Origin: Opitutales bacterium
GTDB taxonomy: Bacteria; Verrucomicrobiota; Verrucomicrobiia; Opitutales; JABSRG01
Direction of reading: 5' to 3'
DNA: 64,000 nt
NCBI GenBank assembly: GCA_049599475.1
Contig: JBMYOQ010000012.1
Location: 1-64,000, forward strand
The stretch's first letter is position 1. Every line of letters starts with the position of its first letter. The position numbers and the translations under genes are program-made. Under the pieces are notes generated by a model, which saw only the letters and a program-made list of their open reading frames with translations, ran no database searches and was not told the origin of the DNA. This document shows positions 9,789 to 19,422 of this stretch, in pieces.

Positions 9789-11264
9789 ATGAATATCGTG
9801 ATCGGTGCCGGTCTGGGCGGGCTCGCGGCTGCAATAAGGCTGGCAGCGAGAGGAGAGCCTGTCACAGTGTTCGAGGCAAATGCCTATGCCGGTGGAAAGG
9901 CGACGGTGTTTGAACTGGATGGATTCCGCTTTGATGCGGGTCCGAGCCTATTCACATTGCCTGCGCAGGTGGATGCCTTGTTTGAGCTGGCAGGCGAAAA
10001 TCCGAGGGACTTCTTCAACTACGAAAAACAGAGTGAAGCGTGTCGTTATTTCTGGAATGATGGCCAGCAATTCACGGCTTCTGGGGATCCTGAGCAGTTT
10101 GCTCAAGGTGCTGCGGCCTGCTTCGAAGAGCCTGTCGAGCATATTGATGCTTATCTCAAGCGCGCCGCGGCATCTTATGAAGCACTCGGGACCATTTTCC
10201 TAAAGAAGTCGCTACACCGCGCGGATACTTGGTGGTCCTCTGATGTTCTCAAAGCGATACCAACGATTCGACCGCTCGAGCTTTTGGGCTCTATGGATCT
10301 TCGGAATAGAAAGGCGTTTGATCACCCGCGTTTGGTTCAGCTGTTTAATCGCTTCGCTACCTATAATGGATCGGATCCATTTCGCGCGCCTGGCTTATTG
10401 ACGATGATTCCGCACCTTGAGCACGGAGTAGGGACCTTTTTTCCAAAAGGAGGTATTCATGCTATAACAGAGGCCCTCTACGCCTTGGCCCTGCGCTTAG
10501 GGGTTGTGTTTCATTTTCAATCACCTGTATCGGAAATTGAATACAATTCTGCTCGAGAGATCACAGGAGTAAAAGTCGAAAGTGATCGCTGCTCGGCAGA
10601 CCGCGTTGTTTGCAATATGGATGTGGTGCCCGCATATAGGCGATTGTTGCGAGGTATCCAAGCACCTGAACGGACTCTTTCTCAAGAACGGTCTTCTTCG
10701 GCCCTCATCTTTTATTGGGGGGTCGGTGATACATTTCCTGAACTTGGGCTGCATAATATTTTCTTTGCAGATGATTACTTAGCAGAGTTTCGTGATATTT
10801 TTGAGAACAAGTGTATCCATGAAGACCCTACAGTCTATATTCATATTTCTTCCAAATGTGAGGATGAAGATGCTCCGGAGGGGAGCGAGAACTGGTTTGT
10901 CATGGTAAATGCACCTCATGATACGAATATAGATTGGGAACTCGAAGTTGATCGTGTGCGCGCATTATTGATCGAGAAATTGGGTCGGTTGCTTGGTCGA
11001 GATTTGCGAGGATTGATACGCTGTGAACGCATTTTGACTCCCTTGATGATTGAGGAGAGAACCCAGAGTTTTCAAGGAGCTCTTTATGGTGCAGCTTCAA
11101 ATGACCCTTGGGCTGCTTTCCTGAGGCATCCAAATAAAGCTAAGAATCCGGATGGGCTCTATTTTGTAGGGGGAAGTGTGCATCCAGGAGGAGGGATTCC
11201 GCTAGTGTTGAACTCTGCCGAGATCGTCGCGGATTTGATCGCCAAAGAAAAGGTGTCAGTTTGA
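9789..11264 (+). CDS. crtD: 1-hydroxycarotenoid 3,4-desaturase (CrtI family, Bacteroidota CrtD-like)
   Basis: GAGLGG FAD motif, FDAGPSLFTLP, FNRFATYNGSDP, SSSALIFYWG, GSVHPGGGIP. Clustered with cruF, crtZ and crtY. Confidence 0.8.
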   Translation: MNIVIGAGLGGLAAAIRLAARGEPVTVFEANAYAGGKATVFELDGFRFDAGPSLFTLPAQVDALFELAGENPRDFFNYEKQSEACRYFWNDGQQFTASGDPEQFAQGAAACFEEPVEHIDAYLKRAAASYEALGTIFLKKSLHRADTWWSSDVLKAIPTIRPLELLGSMDLRNRKAFDHPRLVQLFNRFATYNGSDPFRAPGLLTMIPHLEHGVGTFFPKGGIHAITEALYALALRLGVVFHFQSPVSEIEYNSAREITGVKVESDRCSADRVVCNMDVVPAYRRLLRGIQAPERTLSQERSSSALIFYWGVGDTFPELGLHNIFFADDYLAEFRDIFENKCIHEDPTVYIHISSKCEDEDAPEGSENWFVMVNAPHDTNIDWELEVDRVRALLIEKLGRLLGRDLRGLIRCERILTPLMIEERTQSFQGALYGAASNDPWAAFLRHPNKAKNPDGLYFVGGSVHPGGGIPLVLNSAEIVADLIAKEKVSV

Positions 11265-11515
11265 AGATATTTAAAAGGGTAGGGCGAACCGTCTCGGTGA
11301 GCCGAGGAGAGGTCAAGTCAGGGTCAGGCCTATTGTCTCATCGGGATGTATATACGGTAGCAGCCGATCTCCGAGCGGCTGAATTGCATGTTTGGGCTTG
11401 GCTTAATCGCTGGAACCACCGCTCGGAGATAGGCGGCTTACTTTTGGGAGGAAGTTATTCGTTCGACCTGAGTGGCTCACCGACATGGTTAGCTCAACCC
11501 AAGGAGGCTCGCTGA
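11261..11515 (+). CDS. Hypothetical 84-aa protein inside the carotenoid cluster
   Basis: Fills the crtD-cruF gap; TTG start overlaps the crtD stop. No recognisable motif. Confidence 0.35.
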   Translation: MKIFKRVGRTVSVSRGEVKSGSGLLSHRDVYTVAADLRAAELHVWAWLNRWNHRSEIGGLLLGGSYSFDLSGSPTWLAQPKEAR

Positions 11516-11525
11516 TTAGTTAAGT

Positions 11526-12197
11526 ATGAAACTCGATTTACTCAAAACGCCTCGCTTTGGTGTTATTGCTCTCATTGTCGTGCACTTTTTCGGGGTGGTC
11601 GGGATCCTATCTCCTCTGAGTGATCTATTTTTGGTGATGACTCCACTCACCCTGGGGCTAAGCTTTCTAGCGCTGGTCTACACTCAAGCCAGAATGTCAG
11701 TAGCGCAGAAGATATCGATTCTCGCTATTGGATTGCTGGGTTACGGCGTAGAGGTTCTTGGAGTTTGGACAGGGTTTCCTTTTGGGGAATACGCCTATGG
11801 GCCAGTCTTGGGGCCGCATCTCTTTGCGGTGCCTCCGATGATCGGAATTAATTGGATATTGGTGGTGCTCGCAGCGTCCGCGGTGAGCGCCCGACTGGCG
11901 AGTTCTCTAAAATTGCGTGTTGTGATCGCGGCGGCGTTGATGACGGGCTTCGACTGGGTCTTGGAGCCGGTGGCCGTCGTGCTTGATTTTTGGACCTGGG
12001 GATATGGCCTGGAGTCTGAAGTAGACGGGCATGCGATACCTCTTAGTAACTACGCTGCGTGGTTTGTATTGAGCCTTATCTTTTGTGCGCTATGGCAGCG
12101 CACCGCTCATGCGCGCTTGACTCAGGATAAGACAAGCTTTGCTTTGTTCTGGATACAACTGGCTTTTTTCGGAGCATTGCGTCTCATGTTATCCTGA
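11526..12197 (+). CDS. cruF: Carotenoid 1,2-hydratase, CruF family
   Basis: Multi-TM; E.LGV.TGFPFGEYAYGPVLG..LFAVP.MIG.NW, D..LEPVA....W.W, PLSNY.AW. Confidence 0.8.
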   Translation: MKLDLLKTPRFGVIALIVVHFFGVVGILSPLSDLFLVMTPLTLGLSFLALVYTQARMSVAQKISILAIGLLGYGVEVLGVWTGFPFGEYAYGPVLGPHLFAVPPMIGINWILVVLAASAVSARLASSLKLRVVIAAALMTGFDWVLEPVAVVLDFWTWGYGLESEVDGHAIPLSNYAAWFVLSLIFCALWQRTAHARLTQDKTSFALFWIQLAFFGALRLMLS

Positions 12198-12207
12198 AGA
12201 TTTTTCC

Positions 12208-12702
12208 ATGCTTTTCGTCTATTCAACGATAGTCCTCCTTACTTTCATAGCTATGGAAGGTGTGGCCTGGTGGGCGCATAAGTATGTGATGCATGGCCCC
12301 ATGTGGTGGTTTCACAGAGATCATCATCAGCGGGAAGATGGCTTTTTCGAGCGCAATGATGTGTTTGCTCTCATCTTCGCTATTCCTAGCTGGCTTTGCA
12401 TCATGCTTGGGATGATGGCTGAAAACTATTCGGCAGTTTCGGTAGGAGCAGGGATTGCTGCTTATGGTTTGGCGTATTTATTCGTGCACGACATTTTCAT
12501 TCATCAGAGAGTTAAGTGGATGAAAACCACGGACCATCCGTATTTTTACGCGATTCGCCGTGAGCATTACAAGCACCACACGCACGTGGAGCGCCACGAT
12601 GGGGAGTGTTTTGGAATGCTTTGGGTGCGGCCCAGCCGAGTGAAGGAAGCGAAGAATCGCTTGGAGCGTAATCGCAATCGGAACCTGCGGGAAACGGAGT
12701 GA
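12208..12702 (+). CDS. crtZ: Beta-carotene 3-hydroxylase
   Basis: ME.VAW.AHKYVMHG, HRDHH, FERND, VHDIFIHQR and HYKHH histidine boxes. Confidence 0.92.
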   Translation: MLFVYSTIVLLTFIAMEGVAWWAHKYVMHGPMWWFHRDHHQREDGFFERNDVFALIFAIPSWLCIMLGMMAENYSAVSVGAGIAAYGLAYLFVHDIFIHQRVKWMKTTDHPYFYAIRREHYKHHTHVERHDGECFGMLWVRPSRVKEAKNRLERNRNRNLRETE

Positions 12703-13859
12703 TGTCTGAGGAGCGCTGGGATGCGGTGATCGCAGGATGTGGGCTTGCGGGGCTGAGTCTAGCGTACGCCCTAAGTACACTCCGAAAGGATACTTTTAGG
12801 ATTCTATTGCTAGATACTGAAAGACGCTCGGGGCGCGACCATACCTGGTGTTTTTGGGAAGAAGGAGCAGGGCCTTGGGATACAGAAATCGCTTGGGAAT
12901 GGAATCAGATACAAGTTGGTTTAGCAGGGAATCTTAAGGATTATGCCCTTGAAAAATACCGTTATAAAATTTTGGAGAGTGATCGATTTTACGATTTCGT
13001 ATGGTCGACGCTGGATCAAGATCCGCGTTTCGAATTTAGGGCTGCGCAGGTATCGGAGGTCAAACAGTCTGATCTTGGCACCGGGGTCGTGAAAACGGAG
13101 GACGGCAATGTCTATGAGGCTTCGCAGGTGTTTAATAGTATTTGGGGCGCTCGTGACTCAGTATCCATCTGGCAGCATTTTCACGGATGGGAAGTGCAAA
13201 CAGATAAGCCTGTGTTTGACTCGGGTGTCGCCACGTTGATGGATTTTCAGCCGGATGAGGATGGAGAGGTGCGGTTTCTGTATGTGCTTCCCAAGAGCGC
13301 GCATGAGGCGCTGGTCGAATACACGGTTTTTGGCCCAGAGGTATGGGACGAAGATGCTTATGTTCAAAAACTATTTGATTACCTGCGAACAGATCTCGAA
13401 GCAGGCTCCTGGATCGTGAAACATGAAGAAACGGGGGCTATCCCGATGTCTACGAGATTCTCCGAATACAAGAAATCTCGAAAATGTATTTATAATTTGG
13501 GGACACTTGGGGGAGCGGTGAAGCCCTCGACGGGATATGCTTTTAGTCGTATTCAGCGAGAGTCGAAGTGGATTGCTGAAAAATGGGTGCAGGGAAGAAG
13601 GCTGCAGGCTATGAGTGAATCTCGCCTGTATCAATCATGTGATGCTACTTTACTCGAGCTCATGAGAGAGGGTGATTTCGTTTTGAGTGCCTATTTTGAT
13701 AGCCTTTTCCGTAGGTGGGGAGGCGATCAAGTGCTCGGGTTCCTGGATGAGCAATTGAGCTTGGGTGATGTGCTTCAGATTATGTACCACAGCCCATGGA
13801 AAAAATTCATTCCGGCGTGGTTCCGGGCAAATGTGACTAGCCGTAGCGCGCGAGCTTAA
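12702..13859 (+). CDS. crtY: Lycopene beta-cyclase (CrtY/CrtL flavoprotein)
   Basis: GCGLAGLSLA, DHTWCFW, TLMDF, F.YVLP, E.GAIPM, GGAVKPSTGY. TGATG coupling to crtZ. Confidence 0.85.
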   Translation: MSEERWDAVIAGCGLAGLSLAYALSTLRKDTFRILLLDTERRSGRDHTWCFWEEGAGPWDTEIAWEWNQIQVGLAGNLKDYALEKYRYKILESDRFYDFVWSTLDQDPRFEFRAAQVSEVKQSDLGTGVVKTEDGNVYEASQVFNSIWGARDSVSIWQHFHGWEVQTDKPVFDSGVATLMDFQPDEDGEVRFLYVLPKSAHEALVEYTVFGPEVWDEDAYVQKLFDYLRTDLEAGSWIVKHEETGAIPMSTRFSEYKKSRKCIYNLGTLGGAVKPSTGYAFSRIQRESKWIAEKWVQGRRLQAMSESRLYQSCDATLLELMREGDFVLSAYFDSLFRRWGGDQVLGFLDEQLSLGDVLQIMYHSPWKKFIPAWFRANVTSRSARA

Positions 13860-15853
13860 TTGAGCACATTATCGATTTTAGCTAACAGGTCCCCGCGAGT
13901 GAACGGTTTGGAGATGTATCCATCGAATCCTTTTGCCAATAAATTTTCACGGTCTCCACTCATCGCGTAAGCCGTCGTAGCGATGGTTTTGGTGTGTGCA
14001 TTGAGTTCCGAGTTGCGCACTTCGTTTAAGATTTCGAGTCCGGTGTGCCCGTCTGAGAGGTGTATATCGAGGAGAATTAAGTCGTAGCGGGACTCCTGAG
14101 TCTTTTTGAGTGCCTCGTCAAAATTTGACGCTTTGTCGATAGCGTAAGTTTTTTCGAGGTAGCGCTCGGTAAGGAGAGCGTTGATACGGTCGTCCTCGAC
14201 GATCAGGATATTGTTGTTGCGCGGTATTTCATCGTCCTCGAATTCCACAGTCTGGAAATTGAATGGGCGCAAAGGGGTATTTGCGATAGAATGGGAGTCG
14301 AAGCGAGTGAGGGGCAGGTAAATGATGAATTCTGTGCCTTCGCCTTGCTTGCTTTTAAGTTCGATTTCGCAGTGGAGTAGGTGGGCCCATTTGCGTACTA
14401 AGCTCAACCCTAGGCCGCTCCCTTCATAGGCGCGATGATAGCCCTCGCTCTCTTGTTTGAAGATGTCGAATGCATTCTTCAGGAAGCTCTCGTTCATTCC
14501 TATTCCGGTATCTTTGACAGAGATTCCGATGAAATCTCTATCTTCGCGGAGGGCCTGGAAGGATCTGAGAGTTACACCGCCTCGGTGGGTGAATTTGAGG
14601 GCGTTGTCGATCAGGCTTTGTAGTATCTGGCTGAGCCCTGAACGGTCTGTGTGAATGGGGAGGCTTGGGGCGTTGTGCAGGTATTCGAGATAGAGGCCTC
14701 GTTTCTTTGCATATGGGTGATGTAGAGATATTTGCCCTTCGATCTCGTTTCTAAGGTTAATGGGCTTTAACTCTACCTCTACGTGCCCGCCTTCGATTCG
14801 GGAAACGTCGAGCACAGAATTAATGGTCGAAAGGAGGCGTTGACCGGAATCGATCATCATTGAAAGGAAGTCCTGATGCTCCTCGGACAGATCGTCCTCG
14901 GCCATAAGTTCAGCGAATCCGATGATTGCGTTTAACGGAGTCCGCATTTCGTGGCTCATGTTGGCGAGAAACGATGTCTTCATGCGATTCATGCTCTCTG
15001 CATGTTCCTTCGCTTCCTTCAGCGCATGTTCAGATCGTTTGCGTCCCGTAATGTCCTGAAGAGTTCCGATGAAGTGACACTCTAGACTACTCTCTTTGCT
15101 GGTTCGTCCTCTCATTTCGACCCAGCGTATATCGCCGGACTTTGCAAGGATCCTGAACTCCGTGCAGAACGGCTCCAACGACTTGAGACACTCTTCGAAA
15201 ATAGACTCAAGGCCTGGCGCGTCATCTGGGTGCAGGCGATTGAAACCATCAAACCCAACAGAGTAAGCGCTGTCGGGAGAAGCGAGGATCTCAGCGGCGC
15301 GATAATCCAAAAAAATGCCATTGTTCATCCATTGGAAAATTCCCATCGAAGCTCCATCGAGCGACAGCTGCAGTGCCTCCTCGCTTCGTTTGAGAGATTT
15401 GTAAATGGTAACTTCGTCTGTTACGATTCGCGCGCATCCGATTATCCCAACGAGAGCACCATCCTCCAGGACGCCGTGCCAGGTATTGAGGGTGTAGACG
15501 TTCTCGGTTTCGGGTTCTATTTTATCAGCGATGCGAATGTCGCGTGCCTCGTAGTCTTGGTCTAAGAATTTCTTTACCAGATATTGGCGTTCTGGGTTTT
15601 CGAAATTGAACAACTCTTTCAACGATTTTCCGAGAAGTGTCTCACGGCTAGTTGGGCAGAATGTGTCTTTGAGGCCTTCGTTGTGTTCAACGAGTTTGGC
15701 TGCCATTACGCCCTCAATTTGTTTACTTCGAGGAAGGTCGATAATGATTGGGGCCGGAAGGTTGAGCCGGTAGACTACATCGAGTGTTTTGCGCGCGATC
15801 TGCCTCCAAAAGTCGGGCCGATCTATTTCTAGGTTGCGCGAAGTTTGCTCCAT
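13856..15853 (-). CDS. Cytoplasmic PAS-domain hybrid histidine kinase/response regulator
   Basis: PAS/PAC (LHPDD...RWVEMRG), FLANMSHEMRTPLNAIIGF, DTGIG/GSGLGL, receiver domain ILIVEDD...DLILLD...KP. Confidence 0.92.
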   Translation of the reverse strand: MEQTSRNLEIDRPDFWRQIARKTLDVVYRLNLPAPIIIDLPRSKQIEGVMAAKLVEHNEGLKDTFCPTSRETLLGKSLKELFNFENPERQYLVKKFLDQDYEARDIRIADKIEPETENVYTLNTWHGVLEDGALVGIIGCARIVTDEVTIYKSLKRSEEALQLSLDGASMGIFQWMNNGIFLDYRAAEILASPDSAYSVGFDGFNRLHPDDAPGLESIFEECLKSLEPFCTEFRILAKSGDIRWVEMRGRTSKESSLECHFIGTLQDITGRKRSEHALKEAKEHAESMNRMKTSFLANMSHEMRTPLNAIIGFAELMAEDDLSEEHQDFLSMMIDSGQRLLSTINSVLDVSRIEGGHVEVELKPINLRNEIEGQISLHHPYAKKRGLYLEYLHNAPSLPIHTDRSGLSQILQSLIDNALKFTHRGGVTLRSFQALREDRDFIGISVKDTGIGMNESFLKNAFDIFKQESEGYHRAYEGSGLGLSLVRKWAHLLHCEIELKSKQGEGTEFIIYLPLTRFDSHSIANTPLRPFNFQTVEFEDDEIPRNNNILIVEDDRINALLTERYLEKTYAIDKASNFDEALKKTQESRYDLILLDIHLSDGHTGLEILNEVRNSELNAHTKTIATTAYAMSGDRENLLAKGFDGYISKPFTRGDLLAKIDNVLN

Positions 15854-16121
15854 AGAAATCAGTGTTTGAAACAGTAGACGGAAATTGGGGTGTGAGGCCT
15901 CATTTCAATCAATATAGCAGGGTAAGGATAACGAGAATAATGGGAGTTTATTCACGCTATTATTAATTGTTCAAAGATCAGATGTGTTTGTTTGGATCTT
16001 GAAGTAACTTTAACAAAATTTTGCGCCTAATTGAGTTTAGATTCTCGTTTAGAAGCGTTAGAGTTTTCCGAATGAGTGAATATTCTCGCAAAAGATCCGT
16101 AGCTTAGGCTCTCCTTGGGTT

Positions 16122-16727
16122 ATGAAAATAGTCTGTGCGACGGGAAATGCTCACAAAGTCGAAGAATTTCAATCCCTCTTCGATAATACAGATTTAGGCG
16201 AAGGTATTGAGGTTCACAGTGCCAAACTCTTGGGCGGGATGCCCGACGTCGATGAAAACGCAGATTCGTTTTTGGGTAATGCTCGCTTAAAAGCTGAATC
16301 GCTCTGTGTTGCTGCATCAGCCAAAGGTGCCTGGGTATTGGCGGATGATAGTGGTCTGGCAGTCGACTATCTTCACGGCGCACCAGGTGTATACTCTGCT
16401 CGATACGCGGGGCTCCATGCCACGGACTCGGAGAATGTGGAAAAATTGTTAGGAGCGTTGGAGGGCGTTGAGCTCGGTCAGCGACAAGCGAAATTTGTAT
16501 GTGCTCTCTATTTGATCGATCCGAATAAGCGCGTGTATCAAGCCGAGGGATATTGCCATGGTCTGATCGCCCACGAGGTCAGAGGGGCTGAAGGGTTCGG
16601 GTATGATCCCGTGTTTGTACCCCAGGGGTATGAATCGACATTTGGCGAGCTAGGCTCGGAGATCAAAGACAGTATGAGCCACCGAGCTGAGGCGGTGGCG
16701 AGTTTGATAGATCAGCTTCGCAGTTGA
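16122..16727 (+). CDS. rdgB: Non-canonical purine NTP pyrophosphatase (RdgB/HAM1)
   Basis: ATGNAHK, ADDSGL, PGVYSARYA, GFGYDPVF, SHRA. Confidence 0.95.
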   Translation: MKIVCATGNAHKVEEFQSLFDNTDLGEGIEVHSAKLLGGMPDVDENADSFLGNARLKAESLCVAASAKGAWVLADDSGLAVDYLHGAPGVYSARYAGLHATDSENVEKLLGALEGVELGQRQAKFVCALYLIDPNKRVYQAEGYCHGLIAHEVRGAEGFGYDPVFVPQGYESTFGELGSEIKDSMSHRAEAVASLIDQLRS

Positions 16728-16757
16728 TTTTACTGAGCGATAGAACAGTTTATAGGC

Positions 16758-18146
16758 ATGCACCCGATTTTCGACGATCCCATAGCTCTTTTAAAAACGT
16801 TTGTTTCACACGCTAGTGTTTCGACAAACCCGGATGCCGCGGAGCATATGGTAGGGGCTAGAGAATTTGTAGTGGATTTGCTATCCAAGCTAGAATTTGA
16901 ATGCTCTTTGGTGGAGACACCCTTGCACCCGGTAATTGTTGCGCAGCGTGGGGCAGATTTGCCCGAGGGTACACCGCATATCGTCATATACGGGCACTAC
17001 GATGTGCAACCTGCTGATCCACTCGACTTGTGGGAGACGCCGCCTTTTGAAGCGACTCAACGCGGTGAACGCCTTTATGGTCGTGGCGCTGCGGATAATA
17101 AGGGAGAAGTCATTACGCATATGTGTGCTTTGGCTAAGGTGTTGAGTGCAAATCCGAAACTCCCTCTGCGCATTACCTATTTGATCGAAGGTGAAGAAGA
17201 GATCGGTAGTCCAAACTTTTCTAAAGTCTTAGATGCATATTCGGACCTGCTCCGCTCTGCCGATTTTGTATTGGTCTCAGACACTTCTATACCTACCCCG
17301 GATCAGGTCGCCATTACTACGCAGTTGCGTGGCCTAGTGGATTTCGAATTTACCCTGAAGGGTCCGCAGATGGATTTGCACTCAGGTGAGCACGGGGGAG
17401 CCATTCGTAATACCATACAGGCGCTGACGGAAATTTTGAGCACCCTGCATACTGAGGACGGTCGGGTAAATGTCCCCGGCTTTTATGATGATGTATTGCC
17501 TTTTCCTGACTGGGAACGCGATGAACTCAAGAAACTTCCTGAAGACGAGGAGGACTATGCACGATTCCTAGGAATTGATACCTTCTATGTCCCAGAAGGT
17601 ATGACTCCTTTTGAGCACGCGCGTTTCATGCCTACGCTCGAAATGAATGGTATTGGCGGCGGCTACCAAGGGCCTGGCAGTAAGACTGTAATTCCGTCGG
17701 AGGCCTTCGTGAAGATCACGTGCCGATTGGTCCCGAATCAGGACCCGATCGATATTTTTGCCAAGGTAAAGGCTGCCTTAGAGGATCGTCTACCTAGCGG
17801 CGTAACGATGGACCTCAAGGAGAAGGCAGGAGCTCCGGCTTATCTCGTTGTTCCGCCGAATCGACCGAATTCGGATCCGAATCAACCGAAAGCGCTATCC
17901 GAAGCATTTGAGCTGGCGGAGTCGGCGTTTGAGTCCAGTTTTGGCGCTCGCCCGCTCTACATTCGCGGAGGCGGGAGTATCCCGATTATCGGAATGATTC
18001 GTGATAAGACGGGACTAGATGCGCTCATGATTGGCTTGGCCACCCCAGAAGATCGGATTCATTCTCCAAATGAGAGCTTTCATTTGGGTGTCATGGAAAA
18101 GGGAATTAAGGCCTTCGAGCAGATGTTCCAAGACCTGGCGAAGTGA
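16758..18146 (+). CDS. M20 family dipeptidase
   Basis: YGHYDVQP, GRGAADNKG, EGEEEIGS, DLHSG, GGSIP, HSPNE. Confidence 0.93.
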   Translation: MHPIFDDPIALLKTFVSHASVSTNPDAAEHMVGAREFVVDLLSKLEFECSLVETPLHPVIVAQRGADLPEGTPHIVIYGHYDVQPADPLDLWETPPFEATQRGERLYGRGAADNKGEVITHMCALAKVLSANPKLPLRITYLIEGEEEIGSPNFSKVLDAYSDLLRSADFVLVSDTSIPTPDQVAITTQLRGLVDFEFTLKGPQMDLHSGEHGGAIRNTIQALTEILSTLHTEDGRVNVPGFYDDVLPFPDWERDELKKLPEDEEDYARFLGIDTFYVPEGMTPFEHARFMPTLEMNGIGGGYQGPGSKTVIPSEAFVKITCRLVPNQDPIDIFAKVKAALEDRLPSGVTMDLKEKAGAPAYLVVPPNRPNSDPNQPKALSEAFELAESAFESSFGARPLYIRGGGSIPIIGMIRDKTGLDALMIGLATPEDRIHSPNESFHLGVMEKGIKAFEQMFQDLAK

Positions 18147-18167
18147 GTGTCTTGTTTTCCGAGTTTC

Positions 18168-19202
18168 TCAAAGCCTGCCATTAATTCTATTCCATAAGAT
18201 GTAAGCTTCGGTTCGCAAGGTATGCAAAGGTCCAGGGGGAGGTATTTCTTCGTAATGCTCCTTCCAAGACGCCAAGATTTCCCTGAGCAAAGGTTCTGAT
18301 ACAAGTTCCGATCCAGACTCGAAAAACTCGCCATATTTTTCATAACCGTTGTTAGCAATATTCTGCGCTTCTTCGAGATTTTGTAGGTAATATAGAATGA
18401 GCTCTTCTAAATTCGACATCGTCTTATCAACCTCCACGTAGTGTATGCCGGGACGTAGACCACCATCTAAGAAACGTACTGATTTCAAGGATTGAACGAA
18501 GACCAGGCAGCGCCGTGAAAGACCCTCAAAGATACGATACGATATTGGATGACTTCCCCAGGGAGCCAGGCATATTTTTGATTTAGAGAGTGTCTCAAAG
18601 TATTGTTTTCGTGAGACCTTCGAAGCCTGATATTGCAATGGAGTGTCTCTGCCAGGAAGAATGCCTCCTGAGAAAGAGATCGGCAGAGAGGTTACTATTT
18701 GCATTAGTCTTTCTCGAGCCTTTATGTTTCCAGGAATCGCGTGGTTATTTGAACCAAGGAAGCTGGCATCAATGGGGCGTTCCTTGAGATCTGTGCCTGC
18801 TGAAGACCTGAAACCTCGGACATGAGTCTGGATAAAGCCGATTTTGTCTCTGTATTGGCTGGGAATCGTTTCAATATTGGATTTCCAGTTGTTTGAGATG
18901 AAGAGGTCTGCGTCATCGGCGACGTTTGTTGCGATGCGGTTGAATCGGATCTTCCCTGGATCTCCTGTCTGGAGAAAAGCGTAGGAAAGGTTGTTCGATT
19001 GAACGAATTCTACAAAATTCTTCTCGATGGGAGTGTCTTTTTTGCTTGGGCAGAGACAAAGGAAATAGAGATCATAAGAGCTGTCTTTTAGTTGTTTTGC
19101 AGACACTATATGTGCAGTATGCCCTTTCTGCATGAGTTTGAAGCGCAGGCGATTGAGCGACCGGATATCTGCTTCGCCCTCAATTGCAAAAATAATTCTC
19201 AT
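18168..19202 (-). CDS. Glycosyltransferase (CgeB/Glyco_trans_1_2-like)
   Basis: YFETLSKSKICLAPWG....YRIFEG...C...PG.HYV...IANNG C-terminal GT-B pattern. Confidence 0.7.
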   Translation of the reverse strand: MRIIFAIEGEADIRSLNRLRFKLMQKGHTAHIVSAKQLKDSSYDLYFLCLCPSKKDTPIEKNFVEFVQSNNLSYAFLQTGDPGKIRFNRIATNVADDADLFISNNWKSNIETIPSQYRDKIGFIQTHVRGFRSSAGTDLKERPIDASFLGSNNHAIPGNIKARERLMQIVTSLPISFSGGILPGRDTPLQYQASKVSRKQYFETLSKSKICLAPWGSHPISYRIFEGLSRRCLVFVQSLKSVRFLDGGLRPGIHYVEVDKTMSNLEELILYYLQNLEEAQNIANNGYEKYGEFFESGSELVSEPLLREILASWKEHYEEIPPPGPLHTLRTEAYILWNRINGRL

Positions 19203-19422
19203 GTAAGATTTACATGTTGTTTAGTCTTAAAGTGTCCTAGCAAGTGTTAATTCGACTTCCTGTGTTTGTGCTTGTTGTTTGGCTTATTCGCATAAAAGCG
19301 CTGGTCTTAGGCTTGAGTCCATAGCCAAATGAGTGGTTCAGAGGTGAGGCGAATTTAACAAGTTTCCTAAATTTTTCTATTTTTCCGTTTTCGAAACGAC
19401 AATCACCCGTTTAACTCGCGGG

